Source of the DNA: an uncultured Actinomycetes bacterium
GTDB taxonomy: Bacteria; Actinomycetota; Thermoleophilia; UBA2241
Reading direction: 5' to 3'
Assembly: GCA_963767005.1 (NCBI GenBank)
Contig: CAVYCN010000004.1
Span: 416,001 to 480,000, forward strand
DNA length: 64,000 nucleotides
The translations under genes were made by a program, and so were the position numbers. The notes under the pieces are model-generated. The model saw only the letters and a list, made by a program, of their open reading frames with translations. It was not told the DNA's origin and did not search any database. Below are positions 49,442 to 59,660 of the stretch, piece by piece; the first letter of the stretch is position 1, and the number at the start of each line of letters is the position of its first letter.

Positions 49442-49471
49442 TGGTAGCATGCGTTTGTCCGTCCGGACAAA
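49442..49471 (+). promoter_or_regulatory. Extended -10 element and operator
   Basis: TGGTAGCAT followed by the inverted repeat TTTGTCCG-tc-CGGACAAA (49454-49471). Confidence 0.6.
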
Positions 49472-49580
49472 TAAACGGCAGAGGCCGCAAGGCTCCGGGC
49501 CCAGCAGCCCCGGGCGAGGCCAAGTGCCGCAACCGCCGGCCGCCCCGCGGGGGTAGCGCCGATCGTCGCAGGAGGAACAG

Positions 49581-50594
49581 GTGATGGAGAAGACGCTTCC
49601 CAAGATGCGCCGTCTGCGCGGTCGCTCGTTCCTGACCGACCTCGATTTCAGCCGCGATGACCTCGAGGACCTGCTCGCTCTGGCCGTCGCCCTCAAGGGG
49701 CTGCGTGCGAGCGGCCCGCTCATGCCGTTCCTGCCTGGGCAGCACCTCGCCATGATCTTCGAGGCCGCTTCCACGCGCACCCGCGTGAGCTTCGAGAACG
49801 GTTTCTGTGAGCTCGGCGGCAACGCCGTGTATCTGCGGCCCGGCGAGATCCACCTGCCGGGGCGCGAGACCATCGCCGACACCGCCCGCACACTGTCGCA
49901 GTACGATTCCGCGATCGTGATCCGGTCCAAGGCGAACGAGACGGTCAACGAGCTCGCCGCCTGGTCGACGGTGCCCGTGATCAACGCGATGGACCACGAC
50001 CGTCACCCCTGCCAGAGCATGAGCGACGCGCTCACCATCCTCGAGCACGCCGGCAAGCTCGCCGGCACGACGTTCGCCTACATCGGCGACGCCGCGCACC
50101 CCTGCAACTCGCTGTCGACGACGCTCACCAAGCTCGGCCTGCACGTGCGCGTCGGCAACGCCCCCGGCTACGAGATCGGTGACGAGGTGCGGCGCAACGC
50201 CGAGCGCTTCGCGGCCGAGAGCGGCGGCTCGTTCCTGCTCACGCACGATCCGCTCGAAGCGATCGACGGGGCCGACTTCATCTACACCGACTGCTGGTGG
50301 TGGACCGGCCAGGAAGAGGAGTACGCCGACCGCATCGCGGCCTTCAAGCCCTTCCAGGTCAACGCCGAGTTGTGGAGCCACACCAAGCCGGGCGCCCGCT
50401 TCATGCACTGTCTGCCGGCCATGCGCGGCGAGGAGGTCACCGACGAGATCGCCGACAGCGCGGCGTCGATCATCTTCCCGCAGGCGCAGAACCGCCTGCA
50501 CTTCCAGAAGGGCCTCATGCTGGCGCTGATCGGCATCGACGAGCTGCCGGCCGACCCGCGGCTGCGCGACGTCGGCGCGGCCCTGCTCGCCTGA
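49581..50594 (+). CDS. Carbamoyltransferase, probably putrescine transcarbamylase
   Basis: STRTRVSFE, HPCQ, HCLP, QAQNR; lacks the OTCase DxxxSMG motif (has YTDCWWWTG); adjacent to agmatine deiminase. Confidence 0.8.
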   Translation: MMEKTLPKMRRLRGRSFLTDLDFSRDDLEDLLALAVALKGLRASGPLMPFLPGQHLAMIFEAASTRTRVSFENGFCELGGNAVYLRPGEIHLPGRETIADTARTLSQYDSAIVIRSKANETVNELAAWSTVPVINAMDHDRHPCQSMSDALTILEHAGKLAGTTFAYIGDAAHPCNSLSTTLTKLGLHVRVGNAPGYEIGDEVRRNAERFAAESGGSFLLTHDPLEAIDGADFIYTDCWWWTGQEEEYADRIAAFKPFQVNAELWSHTKPGARFMHCLPAMRGEEVTDEIADSAASIIFPQAQNRLHFQKGLMLALIGIDELPADPRLRDVGAALLA

Positions 50595-50661
50595 TCGCAG
50601 GGCCGGCGACCATGGCAGCAGCCCGCCGCAGCACGATGTCCAGCGGCTCGAGGCGCGTCTC

Positions 50662-51687
50662 ATGACGCCGCCGGTCGGAGCCGCAGCGCAGCGCGCCCGC
50701 AAAGGCGCCGGCAAGACCGTGGTGGTGGCCCTCGGCGGCAACGCCATCCTGCAGCCCGGCCAGCTCGGCACCTTCGAGGAGCAGCTCGTCAACGTCGACG
50801 CCGCGATGCGCCGCATCGCCGAGCTCGTCGAAGCGGGCTGGGAGGTCGTGCTGACGCACGGCAACGGGCCGCAGGTGGGCAACCTGCTCATCCAGAACGC
50901 CCTGGCCGCCTCGACCGTGGCGCCCATGCCCATGGACGTCTGCGGGGCCGAGAGCCAGGGCCAGATCGGCTACATGCTCGAGCAGGCGCTCTGCAACCAC
51001 CTGGCGCGGCGCCGGCTCGCCGCGCCGGTCGCCACGGTGCTCACGCAGGTGGCGGTCGACGCCGCCGACCCGGCCTTCGCCGACCCGTCAAAGCCGGTCG
51101 GGCCGTTCTACACCGCCGCCGAGGCCCAGAAGATGATGATCGAAGAGGGCCTGGCCATGCGCGAGGACGCCGGCCGCGGCTGGCGTCGTGTGGTGCCCAG
51201 CCCCGAGCCCCGCGAGATCGTACCGGGTCCGGCGATCGCAGCCCTCATCGCGGCCGGCAGCCTCGTGATCTGCTCGGGCGGCGGCGGCATACCGGTCGTG
51301 CGCCAGCGGGGCGGCCAGCTCCACGGCATCGCGGCGGTCATCGACAAGGATCTCGCCGCCGCCCTGCTCGCGCGCCAGGTCGGCGCCGACGTGCTGCTCA
51401 TCCTGACCGACGTGCCCAAGGTCTACCTCGGGTACAACACGCCCGAGCAGCGTGCCCTCGACCAGGTCACGGTCGCCGAGATGGAAGAGTACGCCGCCGC
51501 CGGCCACTTCAAGGCCGGCTCGATGGGGCCCAAGGTCAACGCCTGCCTGCGCTTCGCCCGCGAGGGCGGCACCTCGATCATCGCCGGCCTGACCGAGGTC
51601 GTGCCGGCCATGGACGGGCGCTCGGGCACCCGCATCGTGCCCGGCGCGGCGCCGTCGCGGCCAAAGGCACGCGCCCGGAAGCAGTGA
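50662..51687 (+). CDS. arcC: Carbamate kinase
   Basis: [33 protein letters not shown]. Confidence 0.95.
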   Translation: MTPPVGAAAQRARKGAGKTVVVALGGNAILQPGQLGTFEEQLVNVDAAMRRIAELVEAGWEVVLTHGNGPQVGNLLIQNALAASTVAPMPMDVCGAESQGQIGYMLEQALCNHLARRRLAAPVATVLTQVAVDAADPAFADPSKPVGPFYTAAEAQKMMIEEGLAMREDAGRGWRRVVPSPEPREIVPGPAIAALIAAGSLVICSGGGGIPVVRQRGGQLHGIAAVIDKDLAAALLARQVGADVLLILTDVPKVYLGYNTPEQRALDQVTVAEMEEYAAAGHFKAGSMGPKVNACLRFAREGGTSIIAGLTEVVPAMDGRSGTRIVPGAAPSRPKARARKQ

Positions 51688-51772
51688 TGACGGCAGTGAC
51701 CGCGGCGCCTGGTCGAACGGCGCCGACGGCGAGCGGCGCGTCGCGCAGATCGAGTGTCGAGGAGGCCGGACG

Positions 51773-52876
51773 ATGACCAGGATGATCGCAAGCACGCCGA
51801 GGGCCGATGGTTTTCGCATGCCCGGCGAGTTCGAGCCGCACACACGCATCTGGATGCTGTGGCCGCAGCGCCCCGACAACTGGCGCCTGGGCGCCAAGCC
51901 GGCGCAGCATGCCTGGGTGAGGGTCGCGACGGCGATTGCGCAGTTCGAGCCGCTCACCGTGGGCGTGAACCACGACCAGTTCGAGAACGCTCGCGACCTG
52001 CTGCCCGAGCAGGTGCGCGTCGTCGAGATCGCCAGCGACGACGCCTGGATCCGCGACTGCGGTCCCACGTTCGTCGTGAACGACAAGGGCGACGTGCGCA
52101 TCGTTGACTGGATCTTCAACGCGTGGGGCGGGCTCTACGACGGTCTCTACTTCCCCTGGGACAAAGACCAGCTCGTGCCGCGCAAGATCGCCGAGCTCGA
52201 GCAGGTCGAGCGGTATCGCGCGCCGCTCGTCATGGAGGGCGGCTCGATCCACGTCGACGGTGAGGGCACCGTCGTGACGACCGAGGAGTGCCTGCTGTCG
52301 CCGGGCCGCAATCCGGAGCTCTCCCGCGAGCAGATCGAGGACCATCTGCGCGACTACCTGAACGTCGAGAAGGTCATCTGGCTCGCCCGCGGTATCGATC
52401 CCGACGAGACCAACGGCCACGTCGACGACGTCGCCTGCTTCGTGCGGCCCGGCGTAGTGCTCGCTGCGACCACCGACGACCGCGACGACTGGCGCTACGA
52501 GCTCCTGCAGGACAACCTGCGGGTGCTGCAGACGGCCACCGACGCCAGGGGCCGCGCGCTCGAGATCCACACCGTGCCCATGCCCGCCATCATGGAGATC
52601 ACCGCGGAAGAGGCCTGGGGCGTCGACGCCGCCGAGGGCTCGATCCCGCGGCGGCCGGGCGACAAGACGGCCGCCTCGTACCTCAACTTCCTGATCGTGA
52701 ACGGCGGCATCGTGCTGCCGGTGTTCGACGACCCGAACGACGAGGTGGTGAAGGCCACGATCGCGGCGCTCTTCCCCGAGCGCCGCGTGGTGACCGTCCC
52801 CGGTCGCGAGATCGTGCTTGGCGGCGGCAACGTGCACTGCATCACGCAGCAGCAGCCGGCGCCGCTGCGCGCGTAG
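51773..52876 (+). CDS. aguA: Agmatine deiminase
   Basis: [40 protein letters not shown]. Confidence 0.96.
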   Translation: MTRMIASTPRADGFRMPGEFEPHTRIWMLWPQRPDNWRLGAKPAQHAWVRVATAIAQFEPLTVGVNHDQFENARDLLPEQVRVVEIASDDAWIRDCGPTFVVNDKGDVRIVDWIFNAWGGLYDGLYFPWDKDQLVPRKIAELEQVERYRAPLVMEGGSIHVDGEGTVVTTEECLLSPGRNPELSREQIEDHLRDYLNVEKVIWLARGIDPDETNGHVDDVACFVRPGVVLAATTDDRDDWRYELLQDNLRVLQTATDARGRALEIHTVPMPAIMEITAEEAWGVDAAEGSIPRRPGDKTAASYLNFLIVNGGIVLPVFDDPNDEVVKATIAALFPERRVVTVPGREIVLGGGNVHCITQQQPAPLRA

Positions 52877-52915
52877 GGCTGCCCGTCCCGGCGCTCCCGC
52901 CGTGCGCACGGGCCG

Positions 52916-53910
52916 TCAGCCGATGTGCGTGGGCAGCCTGTTGCCGCGCGACGCCGCGTCGAGCGTCCAGAGCGCGCGGCCCTGGTCTGCCGCCGGGCTG
53001 CCCGACAGCGTCGAGGTCGACAGGTCGTTCAACGAGCACGACCGCCAGTAGCCGGCGTTCCAGGCGTCGCCGAGCACGAACCGGCAGTGCTGCCAGAGCG
53101 ACCCGTTCATGCCGCCGGCCAGTATGAGCCAGGCGGAGCGGGCGTCGACCGGCACGTGCTGCGCCACATGCGAGAAGTCGACGACGTCGTCGCGAAACAC
53201 CCAGCCGCAGTCCGCCGCGGTGCAGTTCAGGTCGAAGCCGCTGTCGCGGCAGGCCCAGATGGTCGTGTCGGCGACGGTGAAGCCGACCGGGCCGTTGATC
53301 TCGAGGCCGGCGCCGTAGGGTCGGCGCGAGTCGCCTGCGCCCTGGATCAGGCAGCCGCTGATCGTGCAGTCGCGGCAGGCGCCGCCGCCGTCGTAGCTGA
53401 TCGCCTCGCTGCCCTGGGGTGCGAAGGTGCAGTCGGTCAGGTCGATAGCGTGGTAGCCGACGACGTCGGACACCGGCCGCTGCGTGCACTCGAAGCCCAT
53501 GCGGCCCTGGCCGGCGATCCGGCAACCCACGAAGGTGAGTCGAAGATGTCGCCGTTCGAGACGTTGACGCTGATGCCGTTCCAACCCCCGCCCGCCTCGA
53601 CGACACAATCGCGGAACGTGAGGTCGTGGCAGGGCCTGTCCAGCGTGAGCACGGCGGTGGGCGCCGTGCCGCCGCGGAAGGTGCAGTGGTCGAAGACCAC
53701 GCCGAAGCTGCCGGCCGGCACCTCGTAGGTGGTGAACGTCTTGTCCCTGAGGGTCACGTCGACCAGCGCCGATGAGCTCTGCGCCGGGGTAGACACCGGG
53801 GTCGACGCGGGCGCGCCGCCGCCCGAGCCGCAGCCCGCTAGGACCACGAGCCCCGCCGCGAGGAGCGCGATCCGCCCGGCGATGGTCGTCGCCGGGCTGC
53901 GCCGCGGCAA
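52916..53910 (-). pseudogene. Right-handed beta-helix lipoprotein with a single frameshift
   Basis: LAGC lipobox ORF 53437-53910 and beta-helix-like ORF 52916-53608 join by restoring one base near 53540 (GDIFD-LTFVGCRI). Confidence 0.65.
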
Positions 53911-53948
53911 CGGATCTCGCCCCCGCGGTTTGCCGCCGCGTGCCGCCG

Positions 53949-55160
53949 TCAGAAGGTCACCACCTGCCAGGTGGCGCCGCCGTCCGAGCTCAGCAGGAGC
54001 CGGCCGGGACGGCCGTAGGTGTTCCCTGCGGTGTCGACCGGACCCAAGACGACCACGGCGTGGGTCGGCGAACTGAAGCCGAGGTCGGCCCAGGTCACGC
54101 CACCGTCAAGTGGGTTCAGCGCCGTCGTCCAGGCGTGGCCGCCGTCGGCTGAGCGGTAGATCTCGCTCCCGCCGCTGGCGGCGCCCACGAGGAGCGTTGC
54201 GGGTGATCCGCCGGCGATCGTGACCGGATCGCCGCCTCGACTCGGTGCGCCGACCTTGGTCCAAGTGGCGCCGCCGTTCGCGCTCACGTACACGAGCTTC
54301 GCCACGCTGCCGGCTGCGGCGCCGCCGCCGTCGAGGAGCGCGAGCGACTTCGCCGAGGTGACCGCCACATCCGCCGGCGAGTAGCCCGGCAAGCTCGGCA
54401 CAGGATAGGTATGCACCGTCAGGCCGCCGTTCTTCGTGACGAGCACGCCACCGCTGGCGAGGAGAGCGGCGGTGCCGGCCTGCGTCGAGATCAAGTCGGT
54501 GGGATCGGGGAAGTCGTACTCCTTGACGGTGGCGATCTTCGTCCATGAGCCGCCCGCAAGCGGCCGGCGCAGCAGCGTGGCGCTCTGGCTCGACGGGCTG
54601 GGCTGCACGAGGGCCAGCGCCTGGCCGTCGATCGTGGCGAGCGACAGGATCGCGCCACTCGGCGCCGCGGCAGGCGTCCACTGGCCGCCGCCGTCGGTCG
54701 TCTCCCAAAGGCCCTTGCCGAAGACGAAGCCGTGCGAGGGCGTGGCGAAGCGGATCCCCCAGACGCCGGCAGCACCGCCGCTCTGCGACTGCGGCCAGCC
54801 GATCTCGACGGGCGGCGCCGCGCGTCGGGTCCAGGTCGTCCCCCTGTCGCGGCTGCGCACGACCACAGCGCCGCGGCCGGGCGCCGTGCCGAGCACGAAG
54901 GCCTCGTTCAGCGAGACGAACGTGACGGAGGTGGCCCTGAAGCCGGCCGGCACGGTCGCGACGGCCGGCGCGCTCGACGTGGGCGAGGTCGTGGGCGAGG
55001 CGGTGGTCGGCGCGGCGCGTGGGCTCTGCGACGCCGGTGAGCTCGAGCTCACCGGCGTCGCAGAGCCCGAGCCTTTCGAGCCGCAGGCCGCGAGGGCGGT
55101 GGACAGAACGACGACCGCGACCAGACAGGCCGTGGCGGACAGGGGGCGCGAGCGTGACAT
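53949..55160 (-). CDS. Lipoprotein with BNR/Asp-box repeats (beta-propeller)
   Basis: LAAC lipobox; SRDRGTTW, TTDGGGQW, SANGGATW, SADGGHAW, SSDGGATW. Confidence 0.85.
   Translation of the reverse strand: MSRSRPLSATACLVAVVVLSTALAACGSKGSGSATPVSSSSPASQSPRAAPTTASPTTSPTSSAPAVATVPAGFRATSVTFVSLNEAFVLGTAPGRGAVVVRSRDRGTTWTRRAAPPVEIGWPQSQSGGAAGVWGIRFATPSHGFVFGKGLWETTDGGGQWTPAAAPSGAILSLATIDGQALALVQPSPSSQSATLLRRPLAGGSWTKIATVKEYDFPDPTDLISTQAGTAALLASGGVLVTKNGGLTVHTYPVPSLPGYSPADVAVTSAKSLALLDGGGAAAGSVAKLVYVSANGGATWTKVGAPSRGGDPVTIAGGSPATLLVGAASGGSEIYRSADGGHAWTTALNPLDGGVTWADLGFSSPTHAVVVLGPVDTAGNTYGRPGRLLLSSDGGATWQVVTF
55021..55068. repeat. Perfect 48-bp palindrome inside a CDS
   Basis: gggctctgcgacgccggtgagctc/gagctcaccggcgtcgcagagccc. 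Confidence 0.9.
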
Positions 55161-55366
55161 GGCCTACTGACCTCGCTTTCGCTGGCGACGAGAGCCGGGC
55201 GGCGCCGGGCGACGTGCCGTCATCCGGGGTGGCGAGTAGATTCCGTGCACGTGCAGTTTCTCCTACATCCTGCCGTGTTAAGGAAATCGATGGTCCTGTG
55301 CCTGCTTTGGACCGTGTGGCGCGCGGACTTCTTCACTGAAGATGTCCACGCGGCCGGCCGCGTCGG

Positions 55367-56416
55367 TCACTCGCCCTCGGTCGCGGCGCGGGCGCGTGCG
55401 ATGATCTCCTCGATCACGGCGCCTTTCGCCTCGGCGTAGTGCGACATGGTCGACCATTCTCGGGCGGCGAGCTCGCGTTTCGTCTGCGCGTAGAGCTCGC
55501 GCTCGTGCGGCTCGCCGCGCAGGCGGTCGCGCAGCAGGAGGTAGCGTTCGATCTCCGGCGAGCCGGCGGAGAAGACGTGGAGATGCAGAGCGCGGTCCGG
55601 CGTGCGCAGCATGCGGTGCTCGTGGAACTCGGGCTCACGGATGCGCAGCTCGTAGCCGGCGATCTCGAGGGCGGGCAGGTAGGCGGGCTCGTCGGCCGAG
55701 TCGGCGACCACGAGCAGGACATCGACGATGGGCTTGGCCGCGAGGCCCGGCACCGCCGTCGAGCCGATGTGCTCGACGAGCAGGGCGCGCTCGCCGAGCG
55801 CCGCGCGGATCGTGGCCGTGTGCTCGGCGAAGCGCGCCGCCCACGCCGGGTCGTGCTCGACGAGCACGATCGGCGTCTGCTCGATGGCGCCGACCGTCAC
55901 CTGGCGGAGGTAGTCGGTGAGCTCGTCGGCCGGCGCCGCGCCGGCCGGTGTCACCGGCAGCTCGACCTCCATGTACCACGACAGCGGGTCGGGCGCCCGC
56001 CCCGCGGGCAGCTCGGCAGGCCGGAAGCCCAGGCTGCGGTAGAGGGCGACGGCGCCGAGGTTCTCGCGGTAGACGTTGAGGCTCGCGCGGGCGCAGCCGG
56101 CGGCGCGCGCGCTGCGCAGCAGCTCCGCGACGAGCGACCGTCCGACGCCGCGCCGGCGGGCGTCGGGCCGGACGATGACGCGGCAGAGGTGGCACCGGTC
56201 TGCGGCCCCGGGGAGCCACTGCCCGAAGGCCACCGGGCCATCCGCGTCGGCGGCCGCCACGTTGGTCGCGCCGTCGAGGTCGACCTGCTGCGCCAGACGG
56301 TCGACGTCGAGCGGCCACGTCACCCCGGGCCCCGCCCAGATGCGCGCGCCGTAGGCGTCGTCGATCCACGACGCCGCGGCGACCAGGTCGTCCCTTGTCC
56401 CGTCCCTGAAGACCAC
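55367..56416 (-). CDS. GNAT acetyltransferase-GrpB (UPF0157) fusion
   Basis: VRPDARRRGVG..N.GAVALYRSLGF then EHIGSTAVPGLAAKPIVD..Y.QTKRELA..YAEAK. Confidence 0.85.
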   Translation of the reverse strand: MVFRDGTRDDLVAAASWIDDAYGARIWAGPGVTWPLDVDRLAQQVDLDGATNVAAADADGPVAFGQWLPGAADRCHLCRVIVRPDARRRGVGRSLVAELLRSARAAGCARASLNVYRENLGAVALYRSLGFRPAELPAGRAPDPLSWYMEVELPVTPAGAAPADELTDYLRQVTVGAIEQTPIVLVEHDPAWAARFAEHTATIRAALGERALLVEHIGSTAVPGLAAKPIVDVLLVVADSADEPAYLPALEIAGYELRIREPEFHEHRMLRTPDRALHLHVFSAGSPEIERYLLLRDRLRGEPHERELYAQTKRELAAREWSTMSHYAEAKGAVIEEIIARARAATEGE

Positions 56417-56562
56417 GGTCCGATGATACGACGAAGGACCGTGCGCTGAACGGTGACCGTCGGCGGAGCGCGGGAACATGCCGACGGGGGTCGACTCCGT
56501 CGCCTGTGTCGGAGCGGCGCCCGCATGCGCAGGGTACGGGGGTTTTGCGCAAGGAGGCGGAG

Positions 56563-57966
56563 ATGACGATGACAAGTCAGGCGATCGCGGGCCTCGCGAG
56601 CGCCATCAGAGGGGCCGTTATCGGCCCCGAGGGCCCAAGCTACGACGAGGCTCGGGCCGTCTACAACGGCATGATCGACCGGTACCCCGCACTCGTCGTG
56701 CGGTGCGCCGACACGGCGGATGTGATCGCCGCGGTCAGGTTCGCTCGCGAGAACGACCTCGCGGTCGCGGTGCGCGGCGGCGGGCACAACGGCGCCGGTC
56801 TCGGCACGGTCGACGACGGCCTCGTCATCGACCTCGGAGCGCTGCGCTCGGTGCACGTGGACCCGCTCGGGCGGGTCGTGGACGTGGAGGGCGGCGCTAC
56901 GCTGGGTGACGCCGACCATGCGGCTCATGCCTTCGGCCTGGCGGTGCCCGGCGGCATCATCTCGACCACCGGCGTCGGCGGCCTGACGCTGGGCGGCGGC
57001 ATCGGTCACCTCACCCGCGGTCTGGGTCTGACCATCGACAGCCTGCTCGGTGTCGACATGGTGCTCGCCGACGGCAGCTTCGTGAGGGCCGACGCCGACC
57101 ACCACGAGGACCTCTTCTGGGCCGTCCGCGGGGGCGGCGGGAACTTCGGCGTCGTCACCCGCTTCACGTTCCGCGGGCATCGGGTGAGCACGGTCATAGC
57201 CGGGCCGATGCTGTGGGGCCTCGACGACGCCCCCGACGTGATGCGGTTCTACCGCGAGTTCATCGGTGGCGCGCCCCGCGAGCTGGGCGGCTTCTTCGCC
57301 TTCCTGACGGTCCCGCCCGGGCCGCCGTTCCCCGAGGAGCTCCACCTCAAGAAGGTGTGCGCCATCGTGTGGACCCACACCGGCTCGCCCGAAGCGGCGG
57401 CACGCGACCTGAAGCCCGCCCGCGACTTCAAGAAGCCGCTCCTCGACGGCGTCATGCCGTTGCCGCTGCCCGCCTGGCAGAGCGCCTTCGACACCCTCTA
57501 TCCGCGCGGCCAGCAGCAGTACTGGCGCGCCGACTTCGTGAACGAGCTGCCCGATCAAGCGATCGCCGCGCACGTCGAGCACGCCGCCGAGCTACCGAGC
57601 TGGCAGTCGACCGTGCACCTCTACCCGATCGACGGCGCGGCGGCCGAGCCGGGCAACGCGGACACCGCCTGGGCGAACCGCGACGCCAGATGGGCGGAGG
57701 TGATCTTCGCCGTCGACCCGGACCCGGCCAGGGCCGACGCGATCAGGCGCTGGACGATCGGCTACTACGACGCGGTGCATCCCTTCGCGACCGGCGGGGC
57801 TTACGTCAACTTCATGATGGACGAGGGGCAGGAGCGGGTGCGCGCCACCTACCGCGACAACTACGCGCGGCTGGCCGCGGTCAAGAGCGCCTACGACCCG
57901 ACGAACTTCTTCCACGTCAACCAGAACATCCGCCCGGAGCAGGAGGCCGGCCGGCGGGTCGCCTGA
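56563..57966 (+). CDS. FAD-linked oxidoreductase (BBE-like)
   Basis: VRGGGHN, GLTLGGG, WAVRGGGGNFG, YVNF, YDPTNFF. Confidence 0.93.
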   Translation: MTMTSQAIAGLASAIRGAVIGPEGPSYDEARAVYNGMIDRYPALVVRCADTADVIAAVRFARENDLAVAVRGGGHNGAGLGTVDDGLVIDLGALRSVHVDPLGRVVDVEGGATLGDADHAAHAFGLAVPGGIISTTGVGGLTLGGGIGHLTRGLGLTIDSLLGVDMVLADGSFVRADADHHEDLFWAVRGGGGNFGVVTRFTFRGHRVSTVIAGPMLWGLDDAPDVMRFYREFIGGAPRELGGFFAFLTVPPGPPFPEELHLKKVCAIVWTHTGSPEAAARDLKPARDFKKPLLDGVMPLPLPAWQSAFDTLYPRGQQQYWRADFVNELPDQAIAAHVEHAAELPSWQSTVHLYPIDGAAAEPGNADTAWANRDARWAEVIFAVDPDPARADAIRRWTIGYYDAVHPFATGGAYVNFMMDEGQERVRATYRDNYARLAAVKSAYDPTNFFHVNQNIRPEQEAGRRVA

Positions 57967-57969
57967 CGA

Positions 57970-58009
57970 GCAGGGAGAGGCCGCCGGGCGCCCGGCGGCC
58001 TCTCCCTGC
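57970..58009. terminator. Perfect 40-bp palindrome between convergent genes
   Basis: gcagggagaggccgccgggc/gcccggcggcctctccctgc. Confidence 0.8.
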
Positions 58010-58016
58010 GGTGTTG

Positions 58017-58346
58017 TCAGGTCGTGACGGGCTCTGGTGGAGAGGATCTGGCGCGCGCCGCCAGGGCGGCGCGCGCGACGCCGGCCGGGCGAAAGGGTGT
58101 GGCCAGGACCCCGTCCTCGGACCGGGTAGTCCTGCGGCTGCGGCAGTAGGCGCAGGTGCAGCCGGGGTCGTGATGCCAGCCCCTGCGCGGCACGCGGTGG
58201 GTGGTGCCGACGGCGCCCTCGCCGGCCGGCGGTATGTGGACGGCGACGTCGCCGAACAGCGGGCGGTACTCGTACCCGACGTAGGCGAGCTCGATGCGGG
58301 CGGGCATGCCGGCGTCGAGGACCTCGGCGAAGCTCAGCTCTCTCAT
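58017..58346 (-). CDS. Hypothetical protein with HHDPGCTCAYC motif
   Basis: AAGGAGGG RBS before the ATG at 58346. Confidence 0.6.
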   Translation of the reverse strand: MRELSFAEVLDAGMPARIELAYVGYEYRPLFGDVAVHIPPAGEGAVGTTHRVPRRGWHHDPGCTCAYCRSRRTTRSEDGVLATPFRPAGVARAALAARARSSPPEPVTT

Positions 58347-58510
58347 GGTGGTTCCCTCCTTCGCTTCCGACACCGAGAGTCTGGGCCGTCCGCCTTGCGA
58401 GTCGCTGCGGGGTCGCTGAGAACGCGCTCTGAGTTTTCGGCTTGCGCGCTGCGCCGTGGCGCGGCAACATCGGAGTGACGGACCCATCACGACCCACCTG
58501 GAGGCGGACC

Positions 58511-58840
58511 ATGCCGTTCACCGCGCTCTTCATCGCCCACGCCCCCGACGCCGACCCCGTCGCGCACCGCAGCTTCGTCGACACTGGCCTCTACCGGCTC
58601 TTCAGCGTCGTCGTGCGCGACACCGACCAGGCCATCGCGGTGGCCCGCGAGCTGATCGAGAAGGAGGGTGTGCAGTCCGTCCTGCTGTGCCCCGGCAACA
58701 CGCACGACGACGTCGGGCGCGTGGCCGCCGCGCTCGGCGACGACATCTCGGTCTCGGTGGCGCGGGGCGACAGCCGCGGCATGCGCGTGGCGGCCAAGGC
58801 GATGCAGGAGGCGGGCTGGTTCGCTCAGGCGCCGGCCTGA
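58511..58840 (+). CDS. DUF6506-like small protein
   Basis: ALFIAHAPDADP..H, EGVQSVLLCPG; GGAGG RBS. Confidence 0.7.
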   Translation: MPFTALFIAHAPDADPVAHRSFVDTGLYRLFSVVVRDTDQAIAVARELIEKEGVQSVLLCPGNTHDDVGRVAAALGDDISVSVARGDSRGMRVAAKAMQEAGWFAQAPA

Positions 58841-58848
58841 GCGCGGAA

Positions 58849-58926
58849 GGGTCGCGCCCGGCCGCTACCGGGTCGCGCCCGGCCGCTACCGGGTCGCGCC
58901 CGGCCGCTACCGGGTCGCGCCCGGCC
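58849..58926. repeat. 21-bp tandem repeat, about 3.7 copies
   Basis: gggtcgcgcccggccgctacc x3 plus a partial copy, between convergent genes. Confidence 0.9.
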
Positions 58927-59660
58927 TACACCCAGATGAGGTCGACTCTGCGCATCGCCTGCACGTAGGGGTGCTCGGCGACGTCGACCGAGACGAGGCG
59001 ATGCCACAGGTCGAGGTCGGCGTACTCGGCGTGGCCCGACTGGATCAGCAGGCGCTTGGCGCGCCGGTCGTAGTAGGGCTCGTCGGGCGCCACCCTGATG
59101 TCGCCGCCGGCCTCGCGCCAGGGCTCGATGCTGGTCGCCCTGCGCAGGCCGTGCCCGTGGCCGAGCCGGTCGGCGCGCGGGGCGTAGGTCCACTTGCCCT
59201 CGGCCCTCTCGGTCACCTCGAGGTAGACCGTGTACCCGTCGACGAAGACCATGTGGGTCTGGCGCCGGGCGTACTTGGGGCGCGGGTCGCTGTAACGCCG
59301 GCAGACGGTGAGCGCGTTGATCCTGCGGTTGTCGAAGATGTGGGTGCGCCCGACCTTGGACAGGATGCCCTGGATCAGCTTGCGGTCCCAGTCGGGCCTG
59401 GTCTCGAGGCTGGCGTAGACCAGCAGCTCGTCGACCAGGTCGAGCGCGATGAACTCCTCGCCGTTGGGGAGCAGCCCGCAGACGAGCTCGGTGATCGGGC
59501 ACCAGTCGTCGCCGATCAGGCGCAGCACCTCGTCGTACCAGTGCACGAGATGGGCCTCGTCGCGTGAGGGGGCCTGGTCCCGGCGCGCTTCGACGTCGGC
59601 GGCGAGCCGCCGACGCAGGTCGGGCGGCAGGTCGCCCATCTGCAGGTTCGAGCGCATCAT
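58926..59660 (-). CDS. Hypothetical protein
   Basis: GAGGA RBS before the ATG; strongly GC3-biased codons; no recognised domain. Confidence 0.7.
   Translation of the reverse strand: MMRSNLQMGDLPPDLRRRLAADVEARRDQAPSRDEAHLVHWYDEVLRLIGDDWCPITELVCGLLPNGEEFIALDLVDELLVYASLETRPDWDRKLIQGILSKVGRTHIFDNRRINALTVCRRYSDPRPKYARRQTHMVFVDGYTVYLEVTERAEGKWTYAPRADRLGHGHGLRRATSIEPWREAGGDIRVAPDEPYYDRRAKRLLIQSGHAEYADLDLWHRLVSVDVAEHPYVQAMRRVDLIWV

Noticed and set aside
58849-58926. Possible CRISPR array
   Set aside because: Repeats are contiguous with no spacers, and no cas genes are in the window.
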